Assembly (NCBI GenBank): GCA_900551615.1
Contig: URWN01000004.1
Span: forward strand, 10,494-74,493
Reading direction: 5' to 3'
DNA from: an uncultured Clostridium sp.
Lineage (GTDB): Bacteria > Bacillota > Clostridia > TANB77 > CAG-508
DNA length: 64,000 nucleotides
Under the pieces are notes generated by a model. The model made no database searches. It was given only the letters and a program-made list of their open reading frames with translations, and was not told the DNA's origin. Positions 7,241 through 17,062 of the stretch are shown piece by piece. Each line of letters begins with the position of its first letter. Position 1 is the first letter of the stretch. Position numbers and translations under genes: made by a program.

Positions 7241-9370
7241 TATCCTTAAAATTTCTGATACACTCCATGCTTGTGCAATTGTGCCTTTTGGTTCATATGG
7301 TTTTGATGAATCATAAATTTCTGCTATACTACCTATGCATCCTCTTTGATTTATTTCTTTTTCAAATGTCTTTATTGTTTTGGTAATAAATTCATCTAAT
7401 TTGTTTTGTAATTTTGCTTTGTATGTTTTTCTTTTTTCTGCTTTTATCATGTTTCTTAAAGAGTCAAAGTATAGTCCTAGTAGCCATGTCCATGTTATTC
7501 CTTGGTGATAGCTCATGTCTCTTTTAAATTCGTCTCCTTCATATATTTCAACATAATTTGGTTCACCTTTTGCTAATGATTTTAGTCCGTAGTTGTTTAA
7601 TAATTTCTTTTCTACAACATTTATCATATTATATGCAATCTCTGAATTTGGTTCAATTATAGGGTATGTTAATGAAAGTGCAAATAACTGGTTTGGTCTT
7701 ATTCTGCTGTCTCCAAGTACATCATATAGGCATTTCCTTTTTGAATTATAGAATTTTTCGTTAAATGATTTTTTGCATTTTTTTGCTATGTCTTTATATA
7801 TTTTTATTTTTGCTTTATATTCGTTTGTTTCTGCCGTTATATTATTTTCATTTACTAGGTTTTTATTTGATTCTTCTTTGCTTATTTCATTTTGATTGAT
7901 TTTTAATTTTTCTGTTAAATCTATCATTATCATTAAACTGTTGTACCATAAGCTATTTATTTCTACCGCTTTTCCATTTCTTGGCGTTGCTGCAATTCCA
8001 TATGTTTTTACGTCCATCCATGTGTTTTGAGTATTTTCAGTTCCTGATGATATAAGGAAGTCACTGTCTAAATAAATATTGTTATTATCTATGTCTATTC
8101 CTTTAATGTAGTTTTCTATTATTTTTTCTAATTTATCATAAATATTTTTTTCTACAAATTCATAGTCACCTGTATAATTAATATATTTTTGTATTTGTTC
8201 AAATAACAATAAAGATGCATCAACACTATTATATAGTGGGCGGTTATCAAATCCTGAGTAGCCATTTGGAACTAGTCCATATTTGATGTCTCTTACCATT
8301 GTAAGTAACACTTCTTTTGCAAGTTCATATCTTTTTGTTTTTAATAATAAGCCTTCAAATGATATTAAACTATCTCTACCCCAATCTAAAAACCATGGAT
8401 AGCCTGCAATTATTGTATGCAATCTAAATGTTGGTCTATATACTATAAATTGATCTGCTGCTTTTATTAATTCTTTTGTAAGTTCCTTTTTACTTTTTTC
8501 AATTGGATTTTCTTTTTTACTTTCTTTAGTTTCATAATTTTTAATTTGTGTATGTTCTAAAAGTTTTGAGTTTTCTATTATTTTGTCTATTCTTTCATTT
8601 TCTTTTTTAATTAATTCATTAAGATTTATTTCTTCTATATTTTCTTCTAATCCACATACAAATGAAATTTCTTTTTCCTCATTGGGTTGTAGTTCAATTT
8701 CATATACTCCTGTAACACTATGATTTTCTTTTGGATAAAATCCACGTTTTTGCTCTTCTATATAAAACATGTCTTTAAAGATGTCATTTTTGTGCTCAAT
8801 GTATTTGCCTTCTGATAAATTCATATATACTGGTGTCTTTGAGTTTCCATCTATAACTAGTTTTACTTTTGTTCCATTTATTTGTTGCTTAACATCAAAA
8901 GCATGGTCTGTGCTCATTGAATGGAAGTCTCTAAAATTAACGATTGGAGCTAATGTTAATATAGCTTTTTTATTTGTGTTTTTTATTTTATATTGTATTC
9001 CTACTATTTCTTTGCCTTGTTCCATGCATATTGTTTTTGATATTTCAGTTTCATTTACTTTGTATGTATATACTGGGAAATTATCTTTTTCAAATTTTTC
9101 TTGATATTTATATCCTTGTGAAATGTAGTTTTCTCCTATATTTGTATATAAATCATATTTAACATCTTCTATTTTAATACTTTCATCTACTTTGGATAAT
9201 ATTAAATATCTTTGTGCTGGTGGTGTTAATGGAGCTATTAATAATCCATGGTATTTTCTTGTATTTGCACCTATAATTGTTGAACTTGCAAATCCTCCCA
9301 TACCATTTGTTATTAACCATTCCTTTTTTAGTCCATCTTCTAATTTTAGATTCTCTTTTGTAAATTCCAT
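7187..9370 (-). CDS. Glycogen debranching enzyme / amylo-alpha-1,6-glucosidase family (archaeal-type GDE)
   Basis: The N-terminus EWLITNGMGGFASSTIIGANTRKYHGLLIAP is typical of the GDE N-terminal domain, and the C-terminal part fits a six-hairpin glucosidase. The last ~16 codons are encoded by the repeat at 7187-7234. Confidence 0.85.
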   Translation of the reverse strand: MEFTKENLKLEDGLKKEWLITNGMGGFASSTIIGANTRKYHGLLIAPLTPPAQRYLILSKVDESIKIEDVKYDLYTNIGENYISQGYKYQEKFEKDNFPVYTYKVNETEISKTICMEQGKEIVGIQYKIKNTNKKAILTLAPIVNFRDFHSMSTDHAFDVKQQINGTKVKLVIDGNSKTPVYMNLSEGKYIEHKNDIFKDMFYIEEQKRGFYPKENHSVTGVYEIELQPNEEKEISFVCGLEENIEEINLNELIKKENERIDKIIENSKLLEHTQIKNYETKESKKENPIEKSKKELTKELIKAADQFIVYRPTFRLHTIIAGYPWFLDWGRDSLISFEGLLLKTKRYELAKEVLLTMVRDIKYGLVPNGYSGFDNRPLYNSVDASLLLFEQIQKYINYTGDYEFVEKNIYDKLEKIIENYIKGIDIDNNNIYLDSDFLISSGTENTQNTWMDVKTYGIAATPRNGKAVEINSLWYNSLMIMIDLTEKLKINQNEISKEESNKNLVNENNITAETNEYKAKIKIYKDIAKKCKKSFNEKFYNSKRKCLYDVLGDSRIRPNQLFALSLTYPIIEPNSEIAYNMINVVEKKLLNNYGLKSLAKGEPNYVEIYEGDEFKRDMSYHQGITWTWLLGLYFDSLRNMIKAEKRKTYKAKLQNKLDEFITKTIKTFEKEINQRGCIGSIAEIYDSSKPYEPKGTIAQAWSVSEILRIASWDVSDGTFLSKKNRG

Positions 9371-9391
9371 GTTTTTATCCTTCCTTATATT

Positions 9392-11086
9392 TTATTGTGT
9401 TTTTCTTCTTCTTCCTCTTTGGCTTTTTGGAAGTGTTTTTGTATCTCTTTTTGTAGTCATTGGTTGTTTCATGCTTTTTTCATATTCTTTTCTAAATTCC
9501 AACACTTCTTTATCTTCTTGAAATTGATTGTTTTCTTTTAAAATTTCTTTATTTTCTTTTTTTGCCGTCTTTTTTGCTTTTTTAGCTTCTTTTCTCATTT
9601 TTTGTTCTTTAAGTTTTATCATTTCGTCTGCTTGTTTTATTGATTGTATTCTATCACTGTATTTATTGCTAAATTTACTATTTTTTTTATGTTTGTCTTT
9701 GTTTGTTTTTTTATTTTTCTTAGCATCTTTAGCCATTTGTTTTTTTATTTTATTTATTCTTTTATCTTCTCTTAGTTTATTGTTTAACATTAAGAATTGT
9801 GGATCATTTTGTTTATCTTGATATTTTAAATCATCACATATAAGTCCAATAATTGATTCTGCTACTAATTCTGGGTCATGTCTTATACATCCTTCTGTTA
9901 TCATTGATAGATTTCTTTGTAAAAATGTTATTCCTTTTACTTTATCAACATTGCTATCTACTAGGTCTTGTCCTTCTAGATTGTATTTTTTTATGTATTC
10001 TGGAACAACTTCTCCAGTATCATAAATACAATAATCAACTATTCCTTTTCCACAATGTTCTATTATTGCATTTAAATGGTCTGAAACACTATATTCATCT
10101 GTTTGTCCTGGTTCTGTCATTATATTACTTATATAAACTTTTAACCCTGTAGATTCTTTTATTGCTTTTGCAACACCATTTACTAATAAGTTTGGTATAA
10201 CATTTGTATACAAACTTCCTGGTCCAATTATTATGCAATCTGCTTCTCTTATTGCTTCTAAAACGCCTGGAGCTGGTCTACAGTTTGTTGGATTTAAATA
10301 AATTCTATTTATTTTTGTTACTTTATCATAAACAACTTCTGCAATTTTTGATTTTTCTGTTACTAAATATCCATTTTGAAGTTCTGCTGTTATATTCATT
10401 TCATCTAAAGTGACTGGTAATACTCTTCCGACAATGTTTAAAACTTCGTTACTTTTTATTATTGAATCTGAAAAATCTTTATTTATATTTTTCATTGCAC
10501 TAAAGTATATGTCAGAAAACTTTAAATTTCTTAATCTTCCATCTGTAAATTTATAATTAAATAGTTTTCCTAATTGTTCATCTTGATTAGAAAGTGCAAC
10601 CAGACTATCTTTTACATCATCTAATGGCATTGTTTGTAACTCTCTTCTTGATTCACTTTCTTTTTCTCCATAATCAGATATTGTAACAATAGCAGTTAAA
10701 TTATCAGTATATTTTTTTAAGCCTGTAAGTACTGTATTTAAGCCTGTTCCTCCTCCTATTACAACAATATTAGGTCCTTGGTGATATACTTTTTTATTAA
10801 ATATTAATGATTTTACATTTACATTACTTTTATCAGTCATTCTATCATCTGTTGATTCTATTAAAATTTCTAATATTCTTTTATTTAAGCATACTAATCC
10901 AAATATTACAGCTACTACCCCAATTACAAATGTTATTATTATTTTTGCTAATTCTTCAAATGACATTTCTTTTAATACTAATATTTCTGCTGTTCCATAA
11001 CATATTAATGCTATTCCTATTAGTATTAATAGCATCCACCTTTTTAGCTTACTTTTTGAATCAAACCACTTTATAAATCCATTCAT
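9392..11086 (-). CDS. YvcK/CofD-like (UPF0052) protein with N-terminal TM segments and a Lys-rich C-terminal tail
   Basis: Core NIVVIGGGTGLNTVLTGLKKYTDNLTAIVTISD. It is preceded by ~100 aa with two hydrophobic helices and followed by a ~130-aa K/E-rich tail. Confidence 0.75.
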   Translation of the reverse strand: MNGFIKWFDSKSKLKRWMLLILIGIALICYGTAEILVLKEMSFEELAKIIITFVIGVVAVIFGLVCLNKRILEILIESTDDRMTDKSNVNVKSLIFNKKVYHQGPNIVVIGGGTGLNTVLTGLKKYTDNLTAIVTISDYGEKESESRRELQTMPLDDVKDSLVALSNQDEQLGKLFNYKFTDGRLRNLKFSDIYFSAMKNINKDFSDSIIKSNEVLNIVGRVLPVTLDEMNITAELQNGYLVTEKSKIAEVVYDKVTKINRIYLNPTNCRPAPGVLEAIREADCIIIGPGSLYTNVIPNLLVNGVAKAIKESTGLKVYISNIMTEPGQTDEYSVSDHLNAIIEHCGKGIVDYCIYDTGEVVPEYIKKYNLEGQDLVDSNVDKVKGITFLQRNLSMITEGCIRHDPELVAESIIGLICDDLKYQDKQNDPQFLMLNNKLREDKRINKIKKQMAKDAKKNKKTNKDKHKKNSKFSNKYSDRIQSIKQADEMIKLKEQKMRKEAKKAKKTAKKENKEILKENNQFQEDKEVLEFRKEYEKSMKQPMTTKRDTKTLPKSQRGRRRKTQ

Positions 11087-11111
11087 TATATATTCCCTCC
11101 ATTGTTTTAAA

Positions 11112-11140
11112 TGTCCAAAAAGAACCGTCCCTATTGGACA
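11112..11140. repeat. 29-nt palindromic element, exact copy
   Basis: tgtccaaaaagaaccgtccctattggaca is identical to 54448-54476 and is the exact reverse complement of 54222-54250. It contains the murB stop codon (11131-11133). Confidence 0.9.
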
Positions 11141-12048
11141 ATTTTGATTTCAAATTCTATCTTTTTTCCAAATTTTTCATAAACCTTATCCGTAACGTAT
11201 TTTGCTAAATCTAGCACATCTTGTGCTGTTGCGTTTCCTGTGTTTATTATAAATCCTGCGTGTTTTTCTGAAACCTTTGCACCACCAATTGTGTATCCTT
11301 TTAACCCGGCATCGTCAATTAGTTTTGCTGTTATAAAATCTGTTCCTCTTTTAAATGTACTTCCAGCTGATGGATATTCTATTGGTTGTTTTTCTTTTCT
11401 AAATTGTGTGTATTCATCCATTTTAGCTTTTATTTCTTTTGCATTTCCTTTTTCTAATATTATTTTTGCTTGTAATATGATATATTTTCCACTTGAAAAT
11501 ATGCTATTTCTATATGTAAATTTTGCTTGTTCATTTGTAAATTTATGAATTTTTCCATTATAGTCTATTGCTGTTATTTCTGTTACTATGTCTTTCATTT
11601 CTTTACCATGTGCACCAGCATTCATTAATATTGCTCCACCTATTGTTCCTGGTATTCCTGATATTTCTTCAAATCCTGTTATTTCTTCTTTTAATAATTT
11701 TTGTGCTAAAAATCCTATTGGTGTTGCATCATCTACTGTAATTTCTATTTTATTCTGTTCTTTTGGTTCTATTTTTATTTCTTTTAAGTTTGTTCTTATT
11801 ACTATTCCTTTTATTCCACTATCTGATACTAATACATTGCTTCCGTTTCCTAATATTGTTATTTTTATTTTTTCTTTTTTAGCAAATTCTAATATTTTTT
11901 GTAGCTCTTTTATTGATGTTATTTTTATATAGAATTCAGCTGGTCCTCCTATTTTGAATGATGTGTGGTTTTTCATTGGTTCATTTTGTTTTATTCTTTC
12001 TTTTGAAATTATTTTTTCTAAGTTTTCTAAGATTTGTTTGTTTTCCAA
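11131..12048 (-). CDS. murB: UDP-N-acetylenolpyruvoylglucosamine reductase
   Basis: 305 aa. FAD-binding domain (HTSFKIGGPAEFY, GNGSNVL) and C-terminal MurB domain (SAGSTFKRG). Confidence 0.95.
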   Translation of the reverse strand: MENKQILENLEKIISKERIKQNEPMKNHTSFKIGGPAEFYIKITSIKELQKILEFAKKEKIKITILGNGSNVLVSDSGIKGIVIRTNLKEIKIEPKEQNKIEITVDDATPIGFLAQKLLKEEITGFEEISGIPGTIGGAILMNAGAHGKEMKDIVTEITAIDYNGKIHKFTNEQAKFTYRNSIFSSGKYIILQAKIILEKGNAKEIKAKMDEYTQFRKEKQPIEYPSAGSTFKRGTDFITAKLIDDAGLKGYTIGGAKVSEKHAGFIINTGNATAQDVLDLAKYVTDKVYEKFGKKIEFEIKIVQ

Positions 12049-12252
12049 TTTTTCACACTCGCTTTCTTTTATCTTTTTTATAATATATGTTTTATTTGTT
12101 TTTACTGCTATAATATATCATTTTTTTGCCAAAATTACAATGACTATGTGTCAATTAATTAAATTTATTCTAAATGCTTTATTTTTCCGATATTTTATAG
12201 TATAATATAATTGTAGTGGTTAAAATCATTACAAGTTAGGAGATGTTTTATT

Positions 12253-12693
12253 ATGTGGCAAGTATGGCTAATTATTGCAGGTTTATTTTTTGTTGGAGAA
12301 ATTGCAACAGTTGGATTTTTAATATTTTGGTTTGGAATTGGAGCTTTAATCGCAATGATAGTTAGTTTTTTTACTTCAAACATAATAATTCAAACTACTA
12401 TATTTGTAATATCATCTACAATATTAATTTTTGCAACTAAACCTTTTGTAAAGAAATTTGCTGATGTAAAAAAAACTAATACAAATGTATATTCAATAAT
12501 TGGCAAGAAAGCCTTAGTAATTAAGACTATAGACCCTATTCATTCAGTTGGGCAAATAAAAATTAATGGTGAAGTTTGGACTGCTGAAAGTGAAAACAAT
12601 CAAGTTATTGATAAAGGTTCTGAAGTTGAAATTTTAGAGATAAAAGGTGTTAAAGCTATTGTAAAACCTATACATGTTTTAAATAAAATTTAG
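12253..12693 (+). CDS. NfeD-family membrane protein
   Basis: Three N-terminal TM helices plus a C-terminal OB-like segment (GKKALVIKTI....GQIKINGEVWTAES). It lies immediately upstream of an SPFH gene, the classic NfeD-SPFH pair. Confidence 0.8.
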   Translation: MWQVWLIIAGLFFVGEIATVGFLIFWFGIGALIAMIVSFFTSNIIIQTTIFVISSTILIFATKPFVKKFADVKKTNTNVYSIIGKKALVIKTIDPIHSVGQIKINGEVWTAESENNQVIDKGSEVEILEIKGVKAIVKPIHVLNKI

Positions 12694-12746
12694 TTATTAA
12701 TATTACTTTTTTAAGTATTTATATAAATATAAAGGAGGATTTTAAT

Positions 12747-13652
12747 ATGGGATTTTTAATCGCATTACTAGTTATAATATTAATTATAGCATTCAAATCA
12801 ATTAAAATTGTTAAACAAGCTGAGGTTTATGTAATTGAAAGATTAGGTAAATTCTATAAAGTTGCAGATGCTGGTCTTACAATTATTGTTCCATTTTTTG
12901 ACCATGTAAGAAGTGTGGTTAGTTTAAAACAACAAACAATGGATGTTCCACCTCAAGGAGTTATTACTAAAGATAATGTAACTATTACAATAGATACTGT
13001 TGTTTTCTATCAAATAACAGATCCTGCAAAAGCAGTATATGAAATTCAAAGTTTGAAAAAAGGTATTGAGTACCTAGCAATTACAACAATTCGTGATATC
13101 ATTGGTAAAATGGATTTAGATGAAACATTTAGTTCAAGAGATGGCATTAATAATCAATTAAGAGTTGTTCTTGATGAAGCTACTGATAGATGGGGATGTA
13201 AAATTGATAGAGTTGAAATTAAAGATATTACACCACCAGCTGATATTAGAGATGCAATGGAAAAAGAAATGAATGCAGAAAGAAATAAAAGAGCTTTAAT
13301 TCTTGAATCTGAAGCTCAAAGACAATCTGCTGTAACTATTGCTGAAGGTAAAAAACAAGCTGCTATATTAGAGGCTGAAGCTGATAAAGAGGCTAGAATT
13401 ACTAGAGCAGCCGGTGAAGCTCAAGCTATTAAAGAAGTTGCTGAAGCTAAGGCTAAAGAAATTCAAATGGTTTATGATGCTATTAAGAAATCAGATCCTG
13501 ATGAAAAATTAGTTCAATTAAAATCACTTGAAGCTTTAGAGAAAGTTGCTGATGGAGAGGCTAATAAAGTATTTATTCCTTTTGAAGCAACTAGTGCTCT
13601 TTCAAGTTTAGGAGCTATAAAAGAAGTTGTAAAAGACGAAAAGAAAAAATAA
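12747..13652 (+). CDS. SPFH/band 7 (stomatin-like) protein
   Basis: N-terminal TM, SPFH core (VVSLKQQTMDVPPQGVITKDNVTITIDTVVFYQITDP) and an Ala/Glu-rich coiled-coil tail. RBS AAAGGAGGA. Confidence 0.9.
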   Translation: MGFLIALLVIILIIAFKSIKIVKQAEVYVIERLGKFYKVADAGLTIIVPFFDHVRSVVSLKQQTMDVPPQGVITKDNVTITIDTVVFYQITDPAKAVYEIQSLKKGIEYLAITTIRDIIGKMDLDETFSSRDGINNQLRVVLDEATDRWGCKIDRVEIKDITPPADIRDAMEKEMNAERNKRALILESEAQRQSAVTIAEGKKQAAILEAEADKEARITRAAGEAQAIKEVAEAKAKEIQMVYDAIKKSDPDEKLVQLKSLEALEKVADGEANKVFIPFEATSALSSLGAIKEVVKDEKKK

Positions 13653-13657
13653 AAATT

Positions 13658-13695
13658 GGGATTACGGAGTTATCACTCCGAATCCCTCTTTTTTT
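13658..13695. terminator. Bidirectional terminator between the SPFH gene (+) and argS (-)
   Basis: gggattacggagt tatc actccgaatccc gives a 12-bp stem with one bulge. It is flanked by an A-run and a T-run. Arms are GGGATT/AATCCC, as in the hairpins at 23037 and 24616. Confidence 0.75.
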
Positions 13696-15400
13696 ACATT
13701 TTTTCTGGCATTTGTATTCCTAATAAATTAGCTCCTTGTTTTAAAACTTCTGATACAGCATAAGTTAAATATATACGAGCATTTTGAATATCTTTGTCTT
13801 CAACAATTATTTTATTTTCATTATAAAAACTGCTATAAGCTTTTGCCAAATCTATTAAATATCTTGCAAGTATTGATGGTTCGTTTTTATCTGTTACTTG
13901 AATTAATACATCTTCAAAATTATAAATAAGTTTTAATATTGCTAATGAATATTCATCTGCTAAATTTTCCACTTTTACCTCTTCTATTTTTGGTAAATAT
14001 CCTGCTTTTTCTAAAACACTTTTTGTTCTAACATAAGTATATTGAACATATGGACCTGTTTCTCCTTGGAAGTTTAAAATTGTGTTCCAATCAAACACTT
14101 CATCTTTAATTCTTGATGCTGACATATCGTTAAATATAACTGCACCTATTCCAACTTTTTTTGCTACTTCTTCTTTATTTTCTAACTCTGGATTTTTTTG
14201 TTCTATTATTTCTTGTGCTCTTGAAATGGCTTCATTTAATAAATCTTCTAGTTTGATAATATTACCTTCCCTTGTTGACATTTTTCCTTCTGGTAATAAT
14301 ACCATTCCAAATGATACATGTTCTAATCCTTTTGTGTATTTTTCGTCTAACCCTAAAAGTTTTGCTACTTCAAATACTTGTTTAAAGTGTAGTACTTGTT
14401 CATATGATGTTACATATAGTGCTTTGTCAAAATCATATGTTCTAGCTCTGTATAATATTGCTGCTAAATCTCTTGTTGCATATGTTGTAGAACCATTTGA
14501 TTTTTCTATTATACATGGTGTGTTTATTCCTTTGTCTTCTAAATCGATTATTTTTGCACCTTGTGATTCTATTAGTTTTCCTGTTTTTTCTAATATTTCT
14601 ATTACTTCTGTCATTTTGTCTGAATAAAAAGATTCTCCGTTCCATGAGTCAAATTTGCTACCTAGCAAATCATATACTTTTTGGAATTCTTGCAAGCTTA
14701 ATTCTCTGAATTTTTTCCAGATTTCTACGCAATATGAATCTCCATCTTCTAATTTTTTGAAGTTGTTTCTACAATTTTCTAATATTTGTTCATCGTTTTT
14801 GCAAGCTTCGTTTATTCTAATATATATTTTTGTTAATTCATTTATTGGGTCTTTTTCTATGTCATATTCTTTTCCCCACATTTTGTAGCCTTCTATTAGC
14901 TTTCCAAACTGTGTTCCATAATCTCCTAAATGATTTACACCTGTTACATTATATCCTAAATATTTGTATATATTGTATAGTGCTCCTCCTATTACTGTTG
15001 AACGTAGATGTCCTATGTGGAAAGGTTTTGCAATGTTTGGTGCTGAATAGTCTATTACTATGTTTTTTTCTTTTCCTATTTCTGATTTTCCATATTGTTC
15101 AGCTTTTGAAATTTCTTCTAATACTTCTTTAGCTAATATTGTTTTGTTTATAAAGAAATTTAAATATCCACCTGCTACTTCTATTTTTTCTATTTCTTCT
15201 ACTGCTTCTATTTTTTCTTTTATTTCGTTTGCTATAGCTGGTGGTGCTTTTCTTAATTCTTTTGCTAGTCTGAAACATGGAAATGCATAGTCTCCATTTT
15301 TACTGTCTTTTGGTGTTTCTATGTAACTTTCTAATTCTTCTTCATTTATATCTATTGTTTTTGATATTTGTTTTGCTATTATTTGTTTAAAATCTTTCAA
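13694..15400 (-). CDS. argS: Arginine--tRNA ligase
   Basis: Class I HIGH motif (PFHIGHLRS) and full-length ArgS architecture. Start set to the TTG at 15400, 7 nt after GGAGG. The ATG at 15430 falls at the predicted transcription start and has no RBS. Confidence 0.9.
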   Translation of the reverse strand: MKDFKQIIAKQISKTIDINEEELESYIETPKDSKNGDYAFPCFRLAKELRKAPPAIANEIKEKIEAVEEIEKIEVAGGYLNFFINKTILAKEVLEEISKAEQYGKSEIGKEKNIVIDYSAPNIAKPFHIGHLRSTVIGGALYNIYKYLGYNVTGVNHLGDYGTQFGKLIEGYKMWGKEYDIEKDPINELTKIYIRINEACKNDEQILENCRNNFKKLEDGDSYCVEIWKKFRELSLQEFQKVYDLLGSKFDSWNGESFYSDKMTEVIEILEKTGKLIESQGAKIIDLEDKGINTPCIIEKSNGSTTYATRDLAAILYRARTYDFDKALYVTSYEQVLHFKQVFEVAKLLGLDEKYTKGLEHVSFGMVLLPEGKMSTREGNIIKLEDLLNEAISRAQEIIEQKNPELENKEEVAKKVGIGAVIFNDMSASRIKDEVFDWNTILNFQGETGPYVQYTYVRTKSVLEKAGYLPKIEEVKVENLADEYSLAILKLIYNFEDVLIQVTDKNEPSILARYLIDLAKAYSSFYNENKIIVEDKDIQNARIYLTYAVSEVLKQGANLLGIQMPEKM

Positions 15401-15435
15401 TTTATTTCCTCCAAACCCTTTAAATTCCATATATT

Positions 15436-15464
15436 ATTATAGTCTATATATTAAAAAAAGTCAA
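15436..15464 (-). promoter_or_regulatory. Sigma-A-type promoter for argS (TTGACT-17-TATAAT)
   Basis: The minus strand reads TTGACT TTTTTTAATATATAGAC TATAAT. The -35 hexamer is the last 6 nt of the galE terminator stem. Confidence 0.55.
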
Positions 15465-15480
15465 ACTATTTAGTTTGACT
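15452..15480 (-). terminator. galE terminator
   Basis: Perfect 10-bp stem AGTCAAACTA/TAGTTTGACT (15459-15468 and 15471-15480) with a 2-nt loop (a tight loop if taken literally). It includes the galE stop codon and is followed by T7 on the minus strand. Confidence 0.6.
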
Positions 15481-16476
15481 CTTTTCTATATAATTCCAAC
15501 TGTCTTTACACATATCATCAATATTTTTCTCTGCTGTCCATCCTAATTCTTCTTTTGCTTTAGTTGGATCAGCATAACATGTAGCTATATCTCCTGGTCT
15601 TCTAGGTGCTATTTTGTATGGAACTGCCTTACCTGTTGCTTTTTCAAAACCTTTTACCATATCTAGAACACTGTATCCATGGCCTGTTCCTAAATTGTAA
15701 ATATATAATCCTTCATTTTCTTTTTCTAGTTTTTCTAATGCTTTTATATGTCCTTTTGCTAAATCTACAACATGTATATAATCTCTTACACCTGTTCCAT
15801 CTGGTGTATTGTAATCATTTCCAAATACTGATAATTCTTTTAATGTTCCTGCTGCAACTCTTGCTACATATGGCATTAAGTTGTTTGGAATTCCCTTTGG
15901 TTCTTCTCCAATTAATCCACTTTCATGTGCTCCAACTGGGTTGAAGTATCTTAATATGCATATATCCCATGTGTTATCTGATTTGTATATATCTTTTAAT
16001 ATTTGTTCTATAAATAATTTTGTTGTTCCATATGGATTTGTTGTTCCTCCTGTTGGTGTGTCTTCTGTTATTGGCATTTTTTCTGGTTCTCCATATACTG
16101 TTGCTGATGAACTAAATATAAATTTTTTACATCCATATTTTCTCATTGTGTCTAATAATACTAATGCTCCTGAAATGTTGTTTGTGTAGTATTCTATTGG
16201 TTTTTGTACTGATTCTCCAACTGCTTTGTATCCAGCAAAGTTCATTACTGCTTCTATGTTGTTTTCTTCAAATACTTTTTCTAGTTTTTCTCTGTCCATG
16301 TAGTCCATTTCATAAAATTTAAAGTCTTTTCCTGTTATTTTTTTGATTGCTTCTAGTGCTTTTGGTGTACTATTTGAAAAGTTATCTATTATAACTATTT
16401 CTCTTCCTTTATTTAATAATTCTACTGCAGTGTGACTTCCTATAAATCCTGCTCCTCCTGGTAATAATATTGCCAT
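15466..16476 (-). CDS. galE: UDP-glucose 4-epimerase
   Basis: MAILLPGGAGFIGSH Rossmann start and YxxxK (YGTTKLF). Start set to the ATG at 16476 with RBS AAGGAGGAAT. The longer ORF-track start overlaps the NUDIX gene. Confidence 0.93.
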   Translation of the reverse strand: MAILLPGGAGFIGSHTAVELLNKGREIVIIDNFSNSTPKALEAIKKITGKDFKFYEMDYMDREKLEKVFEENNIEAVMNFAGYKAVGESVQKPIEYYTNNISGALVLLDTMRKYGCKKFIFSSSATVYGEPEKMPITEDTPTGGTTNPYGTTKLFIEQILKDIYKSDNTWDICILRYFNPVGAHESGLIGEEPKGIPNNLMPYVARVAAGTLKELSVFGNDYNTPDGTGVRDYIHVVDLAKGHIKALEKLEKENEGLYIYNLGTGHGYSVLDMVKGFEKATGKAVPYKIAPRRPGDIATCYADPTKAKEELGWTAEKNIDDMCKDSWNYIEKSQTK

Positions 16477-16501
16477 TTTTATTCCTCCTTTAATATAAAT
16501 T

Positions 16502-17062
16502 TTATCTTTGTTGTTGTTTATTTTCTTCGTTTTGTTTATATTTACAAAATTCATTAATAGTAGTTAAAATTTCTCTATCAAATATTGATTTTCTAAAATT
16601 ATCAGTTTGATTATTTCTAACCATATATTCTATTACTGATAAATTCAAAAATTCTATAGTAAGATTTTCTCCTTTTTCGCTTTCTGTTAATTTTTGCTTA
16701 TTAGAATTTATATTTTGGTTTGTTTCTAATGCATAGAAATAAGTTTTTCTTACTCTATTTATTTCTTTTCCAGCTTTTCTATCATAATAATTTTGGTTAT
16801 ATGTTTCTATTTCTAAAAAAGGTTCTAATTGTTTTATTTCTGTGTCTAAATTAATATCTATTCCGGATTCTTCTAATATTTCTCTTCTTAAAGATTCTTC
16901 CCTAGTTTCGTTGTCATCTATCTTTCCACCTGGTAACATATATAATCCAGCATATTTTACTATTAAAGCTTTTCCTTCTTTATTTAAAATAATTGCTCTA
17001 ACTTTATCTTTTACTTTTTTATATTCTATATTTTCTTTATAATCAAAGGTTATTTTCTTCAT
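16502..17062 (-). CDS. NUDIX hydrolase
   Basis: Nudix box GGKIDDNETREESLRREILEESGI (GX5EX7REUXEEXGU). It overlaps the cysS stop by 4 nt. Confidence 0.85.
   Translation of the reverse strand: MKKITFDYKENIEYKKVKDKVRAIILNKEGKALIVKYAGLYMLPGGKIDDNETREESLRREILEESGIDINLDTEIKQLEPFLEIETYNQNYYDRKAGKEINRVRKTYFYALETNQNINSNKQKLTESEKGENLTIEFLNLSVIEYMVRNNQTDNFRKSIFDREILTTINEFCKYKQNEENKQQQR

Noticed and set aside
15401-15465. T-box leaders expected upstream of argS and cysS (18454-18548).
   Set aside because: The intergenic regions are only ~65 and ~95 nt, and each is already occupied by a terminator plus promoter. That is far too short for a T-box riboswitch (~200 nt or more).
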